Assembly (NCBI GenBank): GCA_014905635.1
Contig: JABVCE010000011.1
Span: forward strand, 1,240,001 to 1,281,093
From: Scenedesmus sp. PABB004
Lineage: Eukaryota
Length of the DNA stretch: 41,093 nucleotides
Reading direction: 5' to 3'
A program made the position numbers and the translations under genes. The stretch's first letter is position 1, and each line of letters opens with the position of its first letter. Shown here piece after piece: positions 1-10,280 of the stretch. Below the pieces are notes generated by a model, which saw nothing but the letters and a program-made list of their open reading frames with translations, made no database searches and was not told the DNA's origin.

Positions 1-725
1 GTCCGCGGGTGGCGCTGCGGTTGGCGTTGTGCGTGTGCGCGCACTGGTCTCTCCGCAACACATGCAGCCCTGTGCCGCTGTGTGCGGCCCGAACTGAACG
101 CGTCTGGTGTGGCGGCGCTATGTGGCAGTTCCCTGGCAACATCACAGAGGCATCTCGCGGCCCGCCCGCTGCGCGCGTCGCGCTCGCCGCCGGCGCCGCG
201 CCGCGCGGCGCCAGAGCACCGGGTGCGGCGCCGCACCGAGGGAGCACCAGGCCCCTGCACGCTTGGGCCGCAGACGGCACGCTTTCAGCGCGAGAGTGAC
301 CACACGACGCGCCCGACAGGAGCTCGCCAGCCTCGTCCAGGGCGCAGGGGTCCAGCGCGGGGCCGGCACCGGCTTCGTCACCGTGCCCGTCCCCCCCTGC
401 TGCACCCATGCGCAGGGCGCGGCTCTGCACCCATGCGCAGAGCGCGGCTCTGTCCACCGCGCACGCGTCGCCGCTGCCACACGCACGTCGCCGCCGCTCG
501 CTCGCTCGCGCCCGCGCACGGCAGAGCAGCGGCGTGTCCCGCGAGCCGGCGCCGCGCCTTCGAGCCTGGACGCAGGCCAAGGATCGCGGCGCGGCTGGCC
601 CCCGCTGGTGCCGCTGCTCAACAACGCCCACGCGCCGCGCTCGCCGCCCTCCTGCCAGCGCGGCCCCGGGCCCACGGGCGGCGTCCACGCCGGGAGGAGC
701 GTCGTGGGAGGCGTCGCGCGGGCCC

Positions 726-3700
726 ATGCAGGCCCACCGGCACGCGGCGCGCGGCGCTGGCGGCGGCACCGTCGCGGCGCTGCCGCGGGCGCAGCCGCAG
801 CAGCGGCCGCGCCGCCGCGTGCGGGCGTGCGCCGCCTCCGGTGCCGCCGCCGCCGCCGCCGCCGCCGGGCCGGTGCCTGGGCCGCCCGGCCTGGCGCGGC
901 GCATCCTGGCCAACCCGGAGCTCGAGGGGGAGCCGCTCGCGTTCCTCAAGGCGACCGAGGCCTTCTGGTCGGCCCTCAAGCAGCAGAAGCACGACCCCCG
1001 CCGCCGGGGCCCCACCCCCGTGACAGCCAGCCCGCAGCCCTGCGCGGCGCACGTCGGGGGCGCGCCCGCGCCCGCGAGCGCCGCCGCGCCGCGGCGCGGC
1101 CCCGCGTTTGGCGCCGCGCCGCCGCGCGTCGCCGGCGCGCCCGCCGCGGCGCCCGCGGCGGCGCACGACTTTGACGTCGTCGTGTGCGGCGGCGTGCTCG
1201 GCATGCTGGCGGCGCTCGCGCTGCAGTCGCAGGGCTGGCGCGTCGCGGTCGTCGAGCGGCGGCTCGCGGTCGGCCGCGTCGCCGAGTGGAACGCCGCCTG
1301 GTCGGAGCTCAAGGCGCGCGGCGCGCGGGGCGGCCGGCCGCCCGCACACGTGCCCGCCCGCCCGCGGCGGCGGTCCGAGCCGCCCGCGCTTGCACCCCTG
1401 CCCCCGCCCGCGCCACCGCGCAGGTGCTCGCGGAGCTCGGCCTGCTGAGCGAGGCCGAGCTGCGCTCGAGCGTCGCGACGAGCTTCAACCCCGTGCGCGT
1501 CGCGTTTGCGGGCGCCGCCGGCGCGCCGCCCGCGGCGCCGCTGCTGGTGCAGGACTGCCTTAACCTGGGCATCAGCCCCAGCCGCCTCGTCGCCCTCGCG
1601 CTCGCGCGCTTCGAGGCGCTCGGCGGTGCCGTTTACGAGCACACGTCGTTCAAGGTGCGTGGGTGGGTGCGTGCGTGCGTGTGTATGTGTGTGCGTGCGC
1701 GCGCGCGGCGGGCTGGCGAGAAGGCAGCCTAGCCTGGCTGTCCAGCGGGCGGCAGGCGGGCGGGCGGCGTCCGGCCGCGCGCGCGGCGCCGCGCTCGCTC
1801 ACGCACCCCCGCCGCCGCGCCGCAGTCGGCGGTGGTCTGCCCCGACGGCGTGGCGCTGACGACGGCGCCGTCGCGCGACGCGCCGCCCGACGTGGGCGAC
1901 ACAAACCGCCCCAACGGCCTGCGCACGCGGCGCGGCGCCGCAGCGGCGGCGGTGCCGCGTCTGCGCTACGTGCCTGGCGAGGGGCTCGTGCACTCTGGCG
2001 TCGGCACCGGCGGCAGCCACGCCAACGGCCACGCCAACGGCCACGCCAACGGCCACGCCAACGGCCACGCCAACGGCCACGCCAACGGCGGCCACGGCAG
2101 CAGCAGCAGCCAGGGCGGCCCCGCCCAGCCGCCGGCCGCCGGCAGCGCCGCGGCCGCGGCCGCCGCCGGCGGCGGCGTGACCGACGCGTTTGGCGCGCGC
2201 GCCGCGCCGGCCAAGCTGACCTGCCGCCTGGTCCTGGACTGCATGGGTGCGGCGCGCGCATGCTCGGTCGGCGCGGTGCAGCGCGCGCAGCGTGGCACGG
2301 CGCCCGAGGGCCGCCGCCACACTCACCGCGCCGCCGCCGCGCCGCAGGTCACTACAGTCCGATCGTGAAGCAGCTGCGCGGCAGCGCCAAGCCCGACGGC
2401 ATGGTGCTCGTGGTCGGCAGCTGCGCGACGGGTGCGGCTGCGCCCCCACGCTGCGCACTGCGCGCTGCACGCCCCTGCGCTGCGCTGCGCGCTCGTGCGC
2501 TGCGCTCTCGACCCGCACTCTCCGTGCCCGTTTGCCAGGCTTTGATCCGGCGGCCAACACTTCGGCCGACCTGCTCGTCACGCTCGCCGACGCCGACGCA
2601 AGCAGCGACATGCAGTTCTTCTGGGTGAGAGCGACGCACACACAGGCGGCGGGCGCCCGCCGCCGGCAGCAGGCCGCCGCCGCCGCCGTCTCGCGCGCGG
2701 CGCTCAGGCCCGCTGTCTCACGCCCGCGCCGCCGCCGCCGCCGCCTGCTGCTGCGCTCGCAGGAGGCGTTCCCTGCGGAGGGCGGGTCCGCGCGCACGAC
2801 CTACATGTTTGCTTACGCTGGTGAGCCCCCTGCAGCCCCCCGCAGCCCCGCGCCGCTCGCGGCGCTGCGCCGCCCACGCCGCCGCGCTGCCCACGCCGCC
2901 GCGCTGCCCGCGCCGCAACGCTGCTGGCCGCCCACGGCCGCCGCCCGCGCCCGCCGCGCGCGCATCGCCGCCGCAGACGCGCACCCGAGCCGCCCGAGCT
3001 TCGAGGCGCTGCTGGACACCTATTTCGCCGCCCTGCCGCGCTACCTCGGCGTGCGGGGCGGGGCCGAGGGCCTGCCCCTGCGCCGCGTGCTGTTTGGCGG
3101 CTTCCCCTGCTACGCGGCCGCGCCGCTGCGCCCCGGGTTTGACAGGTGCGGGCGCGGGCGTGTGGCGGCTGGATCTGGCTGGCGGCGGGCGCGCGCCCGC
3201 GCGTGCCGCGCCCGCGCCGCGTCGTCACGCGCCGCCGCCGCCGCCGCCGCCGCCGGGCGTCACAGGGTGATGCAGATCGGCGACGCAGGCGGCGGGCAGA
3301 GCCCGCTGAGCTTCGGCGGCTTTGGCAGCATGCTGCGCCAGCTGCCGCGCCTCTCGCGCGCGCTCGACCACGCGCTGCGCAACGACCGCCTGACGCGGCG
3401 CGACCTGGCGCTGATCACGCCCTACCAGCCCTCCCTCTCGGCGGCCTGGCTCTTCCAGCGCGCCATGGCGCTGCGCCCGGGCCAGCTCGCGGCGCCGCCG
3501 CCTGTCATGGCCGGCGGCGCCGCGGCGGACGGCGACGCGCCCGCGGCGCGCCGCGGCTGGCTCCCGGCGGGGCACATCAACGCGCTGCTGGCGGCCAACT
3601 TTGGTGTCATGCGGGTGCTGGGCCTGCGGGTGTTGAAGCCCTTCCTGCAGGTGCGGGGGAGGGGCCCGGGCGGGGCCAGCCCCAGGCGCCTCTCCGCTCG

Positions 3701-4317
3701 CGCGCTGCGCCCGACCCCCGCCGCCGCTGCCGCCGGCGCGCAGGACACGCTGCAGCTCGGCCCGCTCGCGGTGACAATGGCAGGGATGATGCTCGCGGCG
3801 CCGCGCACCATCCTGCGCGTGCTGCGCCAGGTGCGAGCAGGGCAGGGCCGCGCAGCGGCGGCCGCCGCCGCGGGCGCGCGGCGCCTGCGCCCCGCCTGCG
3901 CGGGCGCCCGGTCGCCAGGCGGGCGGGCCGACGCGCGCCCGCCCCGCCCCGCGCCCGCCCCGCCGCCGCCCCCGCGCGCGCCAGGTGGGACCGAAGGTCG
4001 TGCTCGGCTGGTTCGGCCACTTTGCGGCGCTGGCCGCCTTCACGCTCGCGCACGCGCTGCTGCGCCCGCTGCGGCGTGCCGCGCCGCGCGACTTTGCGCT
4101 GCAGCGCTGGCTCGACGCCTTTGAGTGGGGCAGCGGCAGCGACTACCGCTACCACCACGCGAGCGCGCCGGCCGCGGAGCCGCCGGGGCAGGCGGCGGGC
4201 GGCGCCGGCGCGCGCGCCTCGCCGCACGTGGCGCCGCTGCGCGCGCGGGCGGCGGCGCGCGAGGCGGAGGCGGAGGCGGCCGCGGCGGCCGCCGCCACGG
4301 GCGGGGCCGCGGCGTGA
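726..4317 (+). CDS. CruP: CruP-type lycopene cyclase paralog (FAD-dependent oxidoreductase), 10 exons, probable plastid transit peptide
   Basis: Exons 726-1313, 1424-1654, 1826-2246, 2348-2431, 2539-2624, 2763-2820, 2977-3145, 3266-3650, 3744-3830 and 3985-4317 splice in frame. They give the dinucleotide-binding motif FDVVVCGGVLG..GRVAEWN and the CruA/CruP-family motifs LVLDCMGHYSPIVKQ, QFFWEAFP..RTTYMFAY, IGDAGGGQSPLSFGGFGSM and PYQPSLSAAWLFQRAM. The N-terminus is Ala/Arg-rich and resembles a transit peptide. Confidence 0.85.
2018..2089 (+). repeat. Perfect coding 12-bp tandem repeat (CACGCCAACGGC)x6 encoding (HANG)6 within CruP exon 3
   Basis: Read directly from the sequence. Confidence 0.95.
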
Positions 4318-4832
4318 GCCGAGCCGGTGGCCGCGGCGGATGGGCGTGCGGGGGGGGGGGCCTCTGCGCACTGGATTGTGTTTGTGTTTGTTGCATCCCT
4401 TTGCCCGTTGTGGCGCCGCGAGGCCGCCCTTTGCCTGCAGAGCGCGTGCATTGTGCGTTGCACCGGCTGTGCACCAGCACCGCATCGTGAGGCACACACT
4501 ACGCCGCCTGGCAGTCCTCCCGACAGCGGCGTTTGCGGTGCTGCGCGGCAACTGCCGCCGGCGCCGGGGCGCGCGCGCCTGACCGTGACGGCCGGCGAGC
4601 ACGCACCGTGGCGTGCACAGCACTTGGCGCGCGTTACCTGCTGGCGTGCACGCGTGTACTCTAGGGGGCGGGGAATCGGTCGGCGGGCGCGTTGCTGTGA
4701 CTAACTGTGTCTCCCTCTCGCGTGGGCCGACGCAGCGCCCCAGGCGGCCCGCAACTTGCCAGCCGCCGCCAACTTCCTGCCAACTTCTCACGGCCGCCCC
4801 GCGCCAGGATCGCGCTGCCGCCGCCGTACCGC

Positions 4833-6274
4833 TCACACCATGGGCGGCTGGCCCTCCAGCAGCGCCGCGCCGCGCTCGTCGCCGCGCTCGACCACGGGCA
4901 CGCCGCCCGGCAGCGTGTGCACGTCGCTGCCGCCCGGCGCCGCGACGAGCGGCACGGCCGCCTTGAGCCGCGTGGCCGCGCCGCCGCCGCCCGCCGCCGG
5001 CAGGCGCGCCGCGCCGCCGGCCTGGCCCGCCGCGAGGTCGCCGCGCAGGCTGCCTGGCCCGCTGCCGCCGGCATCGCCGCCGCCGGTGGCGCCGCCGGCC
5101 GCGCCGCCGAAGAGCGCGTGGGCGAGCTCCGCTGACAGGCTGAGCACCAGGCTGGCGATGAAGGAGGGCCCCATGGCCAGCGTGAGCGCGCTGACGCAGG
5201 CCGGGCCCATCTCCGCGGTCGTCCCCGCCACGGTCCCGGCGCCCAGCTGCGTGACCAGCCGCGCGACCCAGTCGCCGCCGAGGGCGCGCAGCAGCTGCCC
5301 CGCCGTGGCGCCGCCCGCGTGGCGCACGATGCCGGCGGACATGCGCGCGCCGAGGCCGTGCACGAGCTGCGCCGTGAGCTCCAGGCCCATCGCGTGGCAC
5401 ACCGACGCGGCCAGCGCCGGGCCCAGCGCCTCGACCAGGGCGCCGATCGTGGGCGCGCCGACCTGGGGCGGCCGGCGGCAGGCCGCCCGCGGTTGGCGCG
5501 CGCGGGCGGGCGCGCGCGCGGCGCGCAGCACGCAGCGCCGCCCCCTTGCCCCTGCCCCGTCCCTCGCCTCACCGTCTTGACCAGCTCGGCGGTGGGCAGG
5601 GGGCCCATGGCAATCACGATGCCGCCTGCGCAGCGCCGGCCGGAGCGTGAGCCGGTCGGCGGCGAGCGGGCGCGCAGCTAACAGCGCCGACTGCCGCGGC
5701 CGGGGAGCCGCTGATAGTAGCGGCGCGCCGCACCCGTGACGTCGCCGCCCATGCAGCGCACCAGCTGCCCGATCAGCCGCGGCCCGGCGCTGCGAACGAT
5801 GCCGGCCGTGAGCGGCGCGCCCATGGCCAGCGCCAGGTGGCCTGCGGCGCCGCGGCAGTGGCAGCGGGCGGCGGTCAGGGGGCGGTCAGCGGCGGTCAGC
5901 GGCGGTCAGCGGCGGCGGTCACAGCAGCAGGCAGCGCGCGCGCGTGCGAGCGCGTGCGGGCGGTGCGCACGCACCTGTGAGGTCTGCGCCCATGGCGCGG
6001 ACGATGCCGCCGGTCAGGCCTGCGCGCGGGGGCGGCGGAGGTGGTTGAGGCGGCTCACGCGCGCACCAGCCGCCCGCCCGCGCGGCCCCGTCGCGCGCGC
6101 ACCCGGGCCGAACTCGGCGACCAGGCTGGCCGTCAGCTTGGGCCCAAACGCGCTGACAAGGTCGGCGGTGCGGCTGACGCCGAGGTTGTGCACGACGCCG
6201 CCGGTGAGCGCCGGGCCCATGGCCTGGCCGTGGCGCGCGGCAAGGCGAGGCGTGGGGCGCGCGCGCGCGCGAGA

Positions 6275-6328
<54 letters not shown>

Positions 6329-8573
6329 GAGAGAGGGTGAGAGAGAGAGAGGGAGAGAGAGAGAGGGAGAGAGCTGCACAGAGCTCCGTGGCAGCGCCCC
6401 CGCACCTGCACCAGCTCTGCGACGCGCGCGGGCCCGATGGCGCGCACCACGTCGGCGGTGAGCTCGGACCCCATCGCGGAGCACAGGTCGCCCTGCGGGA
6501 CGGCCGAAGTGGCGGCGGCGGCGGCGGCGCCGGCGGCTCAGCGAGCCGGCTGGCCACAGTCAGCGACGGCGCGCTTCTGCCCGGTGCACGCGCGTGCACA
6601 CCGTGAAGCGCGCCCCCATCACCACGACCAGCTCGCCGGTGAGGCAGCCGCCAAACGCGGCCACGAGCTCGCCGACAAAGGGTCCCCCAAACTCGCGCAC
6701 GAGCGCCGCGGTCAGCGACGTGCCTGCGCGCAGCGCCACGGCGGGAGGCGGCGGCGTGGAGGCGGCGGCGCGCCCGTGCACGTGGCGCGCGGGGCGCACG
6801 CGGCAGCCGGCACGCCGCACCCATGGCCGTGACGATCTGGCCGGTCAGCGCCGCGCCAAACTCCACCACCAGCGCGCCTGGCGGGCGGGCGGAGGGGCGG
6901 GCGAGCGCGTGTGAGCGGATCTGCGGGCCTGCGCTGCGGGCGCGTCAAGTGGCGGGCCGCGCACCCGTGAGCGCCGGACCGAAGCTGCGCACAATGTCGG
7001 CGGTCGTGCCTGCGCCGGCGGCGGCGGCGGCGGCGCGGTCGCGCGCTGCGCAGCACGCCAGCCGCGCCGGCCCCAGCTGCACGGCGCGCAACGCACGGCG
7101 CGCAGCGCGCGGCGCGCGGCGCACTACTGACCCGGTCCGAACGCCTCGACGAGGCTGCCGGTCGTGGCGGGGCCCATCTCGCGCACCAGGTCGCCTGCGC
7201 GCGCGGGCGCGCGGGCGGCGGCCGTCCACGCTGTCCAGGTGCGCGCGCGCTGCGCGGTGCAGCGCGCACCTGTGAGGGGGACGCCCATGGTGTTGACGAT
7301 CTCCGCCACGGTCGTGGGCGTGAGGTGCTGCGCCGCGCGGGCGAGCGGGCGAGCGGCAGGCGTCGGCGGCGCGGCGGCCAGGGGCAGGCCCAGGGGCAGG
7401 CCCAGGGGCGGCGCAGGCCCGTGGGCAGGCGGCGGCGCCGCACCTCGACGATCTCGGACGTGAGCTCCGGGCCGAAGCTCTCGACCAGGTCGGACGTCAC
7501 GCCGGGGCCCTGCCAGGGACGCGTGCGGCAGCGCGGGCGCGTGGGCTGCGCGCGCGGTGGGCGGCGCCGCGGGGCGGCGCGCACACCCGCGCACCATGTC
7601 CGACACCAGCGTGCCGGCCTCGCTGCCGCCGAGCTTGCGCGCGAGCGCCGCGGTCTTGTCGCCGCCGAGCCGCTCCACGATGCCCTGGACGTGCCCGGGC
7701 CCGAGCTCCGCCGCGGTGTCCGCCGTCGTGCGCAGGCCTGCGGCGGCGCGGCGCGCGGCGCGCGGCGCGTGGGCTTGCCTGCCGCGCAGCTCGCAGCCGA
7801 GCCCCGCGCCCCGCGCCCCCGGCGGCGGCGCACCTAGCAGGCGGATGATGCTGGTGGTGGTGGAGGGGCCGAGGCGCTTGACGATCGCGCCGATGGTGTC
7901 CGGGCGCAGTACGTCGGTCAAGCCCTTGGTCGCCCGCGGGATGGCGCCTGCGCGCCGGCGCCGCACGCGCGCGTGGGCGGGCGCGCGGGCGGCGGGGCGG
8001 GCGGTGGCGCCACGCGCGGTGCGCACACGCCTGCGGGCGCCTGCCCGCGCGCGGCGCCGTGCGGCGCGCACCCGTGCGGCGCTCCGGCGGGCGCTCGGGC
8101 CAGTCGCGGTCGCCGGTCGCGGCCGAGCGCGGCGTGCCGGGCTCGGCGTCGCTGCCGGCCGTCGACGCGCTCCGGCTGCCGGCCTCGCTGCCCCCGCCGG
8201 CGCCGCCGGCCGCGCCGCCGACGTCGCTCGCCGGCGCATCGCCGCGGCCGAGGAGGGCCTTGAGCTTGGAGAGCCGCTTGTGGTGCCGGCGGCGCCCCGG
8301 CGGCGGCGCTGGCGCGCTGGCGCCGCCGCCGGGGCCACCGCCGACGGCGGCTGCGGCCGGCGCGGGGGCGCCCCCGGCGGGCAGCAGCCCCGCGCGCGCG
8401 GGCGCGGGCGCCGGCGCCGCCAGCGCAGCGCCGGCCGGGGCAGCGGCGACGAGCGGCGTCCGCGCGATCACGCTGGCCTTGACCGCGTCGTCGTGGGCGA
8501 CCAGGGGGGGCGGGTGCGGCAGGTCTGCCGGCACGAGGACGGCGCGCTCGCCGGCGCGGCGCGGCGAGGCCAT
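4833..8573 (-). CDS. Uncharacterised ~737-aa protein with 39 tandem 12-residue repeats, 15 exons
   Basis: Exons 8573-8072, 7947-7834, 7737-7595, 7509-7444, 7327-7270, 7194-7132, 7009-6965, 6877-6821, 6723-6602, 6492-6406, 6223-6103, 6019-5975, 5841-5734, 5625-5573 and 5462-4833. All introns are GT-AG and the total is 2214 nt. The 12-aa period [MFL]-G-P-x-L-T-[GA]-x-[LI]-V-x-x is preserved across every junction. The start codon is the least certain part. Confidence 0.9.
6278..6373. repeat. (GA)n/(TC)n microsatellite in an intron of the 12-aa repeat gene
   Basis: Slightly interrupted GA dinucleotide run inside intron 6405-6224. Confidence 0.95.
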
Positions 8574-8746
8574 CGCGTGGTCGCCTGCTGGCCTCGCAGA
8601 CGCGGAGGGAGGGCGACCGAGCATCGTTGTGGGGCGAAAAGTGCGGGGGTGTGCGCGCGGCGGCGGCGGGCGGCGGCGGGCGCGCGGTCGAGCAATGACG
8701 ACGTCCCGGTCCGCGCGGCGCAATCTCGCGGGGGAGCACACGCTGG

Positions 8747-8751
8747 TTACA
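8747..8751 (-). promoter_or_regulatory. Candidate TGTAA polyadenylation signal for the minus-strand RRM gene
   Basis: TTACA on + reads TGTAA on -, the established chlorophyte poly(A) signal. It is rare in this GC-rich window and lies downstream of the RRM gene and upstream of the next minus-strand ATG (8573). Confidence 0.5.
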
Positions 8752-10155
8752 CGGCAGATCCTAGACAACGCTCCCCCTAAGCCCCTACGCGCGCTGCACG
8801 CACAGGCATGAGAGCGGCAAGTGAGTGCGCACCCGCCCCGCCCCCCGCTGCGGCCGCCGCGGCATCACCACCGCCAGCCAGCCCCCCGCGTCACACCAGC
8901 GTCGGCCGCGCGCCGGCGCGAGGGATCACTTGGCGGCAAGAGGGCCGCCGGCCCGCGCGCCCCGGCCCGCGTGGCGGTGGTCAGGGCCGTCAAGAAATCA
9001 AACGCGCGCCGCAACACGACGACAGGGAAGCGAAGCAAATGGCGCGGCCCTGCGAAATGCAATGCACGCCGCCGCCCCGGCCCACCGCACGCGGCGCACA
9101 CGCACGCACGCCCCGCCCGCCGCCGCGGGCCTCGGTGCACCACCCACGGGCAGTGGCTGCGAGGGCCCGCGGCGCCTTGATTCACACGCACACCGCCCGC
9201 CGTGTTGATGTACACGCACGATGGCCACGCAAGCTCAGCAAGCTCAGCAAATGACTAGCAATTCTTCCCTGCGAGCGACAACAGCAGCACTACCAACAAC
9301 ACAGCACATGGGCGCGGGGCTCACTGAGCGGCGCGCGCGCCGCGACGACGACGACGCAAGCGGGCACACACAAAACACCCACGCAGGTCTGGTCAAAGGG
9401 GGGAAGTTCGCTGCTGCTGCGCCGCGGGGAGGCCCGCCGCGGCATGGTCGAGTCGTTGGGGTGGCGCGGTGGGGACCACGCAGCCCGGGACCCGGGGCGG
9501 CGCCGGCTGCAGGCGCAGGCACTCGCTCGCACGCCCGCGGGGCTGCGGCCCAGCACGTGCCGCACGCACGCGCCCGCGCCGGGCCGGGCCCAGCGCGCAT
9601 CAGCGTCTCAGCTGCACGCGCGCGACACCTTGCGCAGGTGTCACGATTGCGCGAGGCCAGCGAGGCCCGCGCCGAGGCCGGCGCACAATCCCCCGAGCGC
9701 CGACGGCGCCCGCCGACCGCCAGCCGCCGGCCGCCCCGCGGAGCAGCGCGCGCGCCCCCGCGGCAGGGGCGGCGCAGGTCAACGGCGCACGGGCGGCCGG
9801 CACGAGGTGCACACACGTTAGGGAGCGCGCCGCAGGGCACGCGAAGATGCGCGGGCGGCGGCGGGCGGCAGTCGGGAGCAGCCGCCGCCGCGCCGCCCCA
9901 CGCCCACAGCGCCGGCGGTCCGGCCAGCATGGCGCAGGCACGCTGGCGGCGCTGATGGTACAGCGGGGCACGAGCCACCCAAACGAGCTGCACAGCATGA
10001 GCAAGTGAGCGCTGCACTGCAGCTGCCGTGGCCGCCAGCCACGCAGCGCCGCGGCACCCCCCGTTCGCCCCTCCCTGCCCCCGTCCCACATCCTACACAC
10101 TCGTCGACTCACAGGGCGGAGGCTGGCAGCGCACCCAGCCGCAGGCCCGTGCCGC

Positions 10156-10239
10156 TCACGCGCCGGGACCGGCCGGCGCGCCGCGGGGCGCCGACGCGGC
10201 GGGCTGGCCGCCGAACAGGCTGAGCGACTGGCCGCCCTG

Positions 10240-10280
<41 letters not shown>

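Noticed and set aside
1..725. Upstream extension of CruP from ATG 408, or a separate gene at the left edge
   Set aside because: The sequence before ATG 726 translates to low-complexity shadow peptide. ATG 726 gives a plausible transit peptide, and no independent exon signal was seen.
2018..2089. Short direct-repeat arrays as CRISPR (also 5869-5920, 34137-34185, 37548-37708)
   Set aside because: Head-to-tail repeats without unique spacers, no cas genes, and a eukaryotic context.
8780..10100. ORFs 9221-9955 (+) and 9244-10089 (-) as extra genes
   Set aside because: No recognisable motifs or coding-like codon bias. The region reads as the 3' UTR/intergenic DNA of the minus-strand RRM gene, with a TGTAA at 8751-8747.
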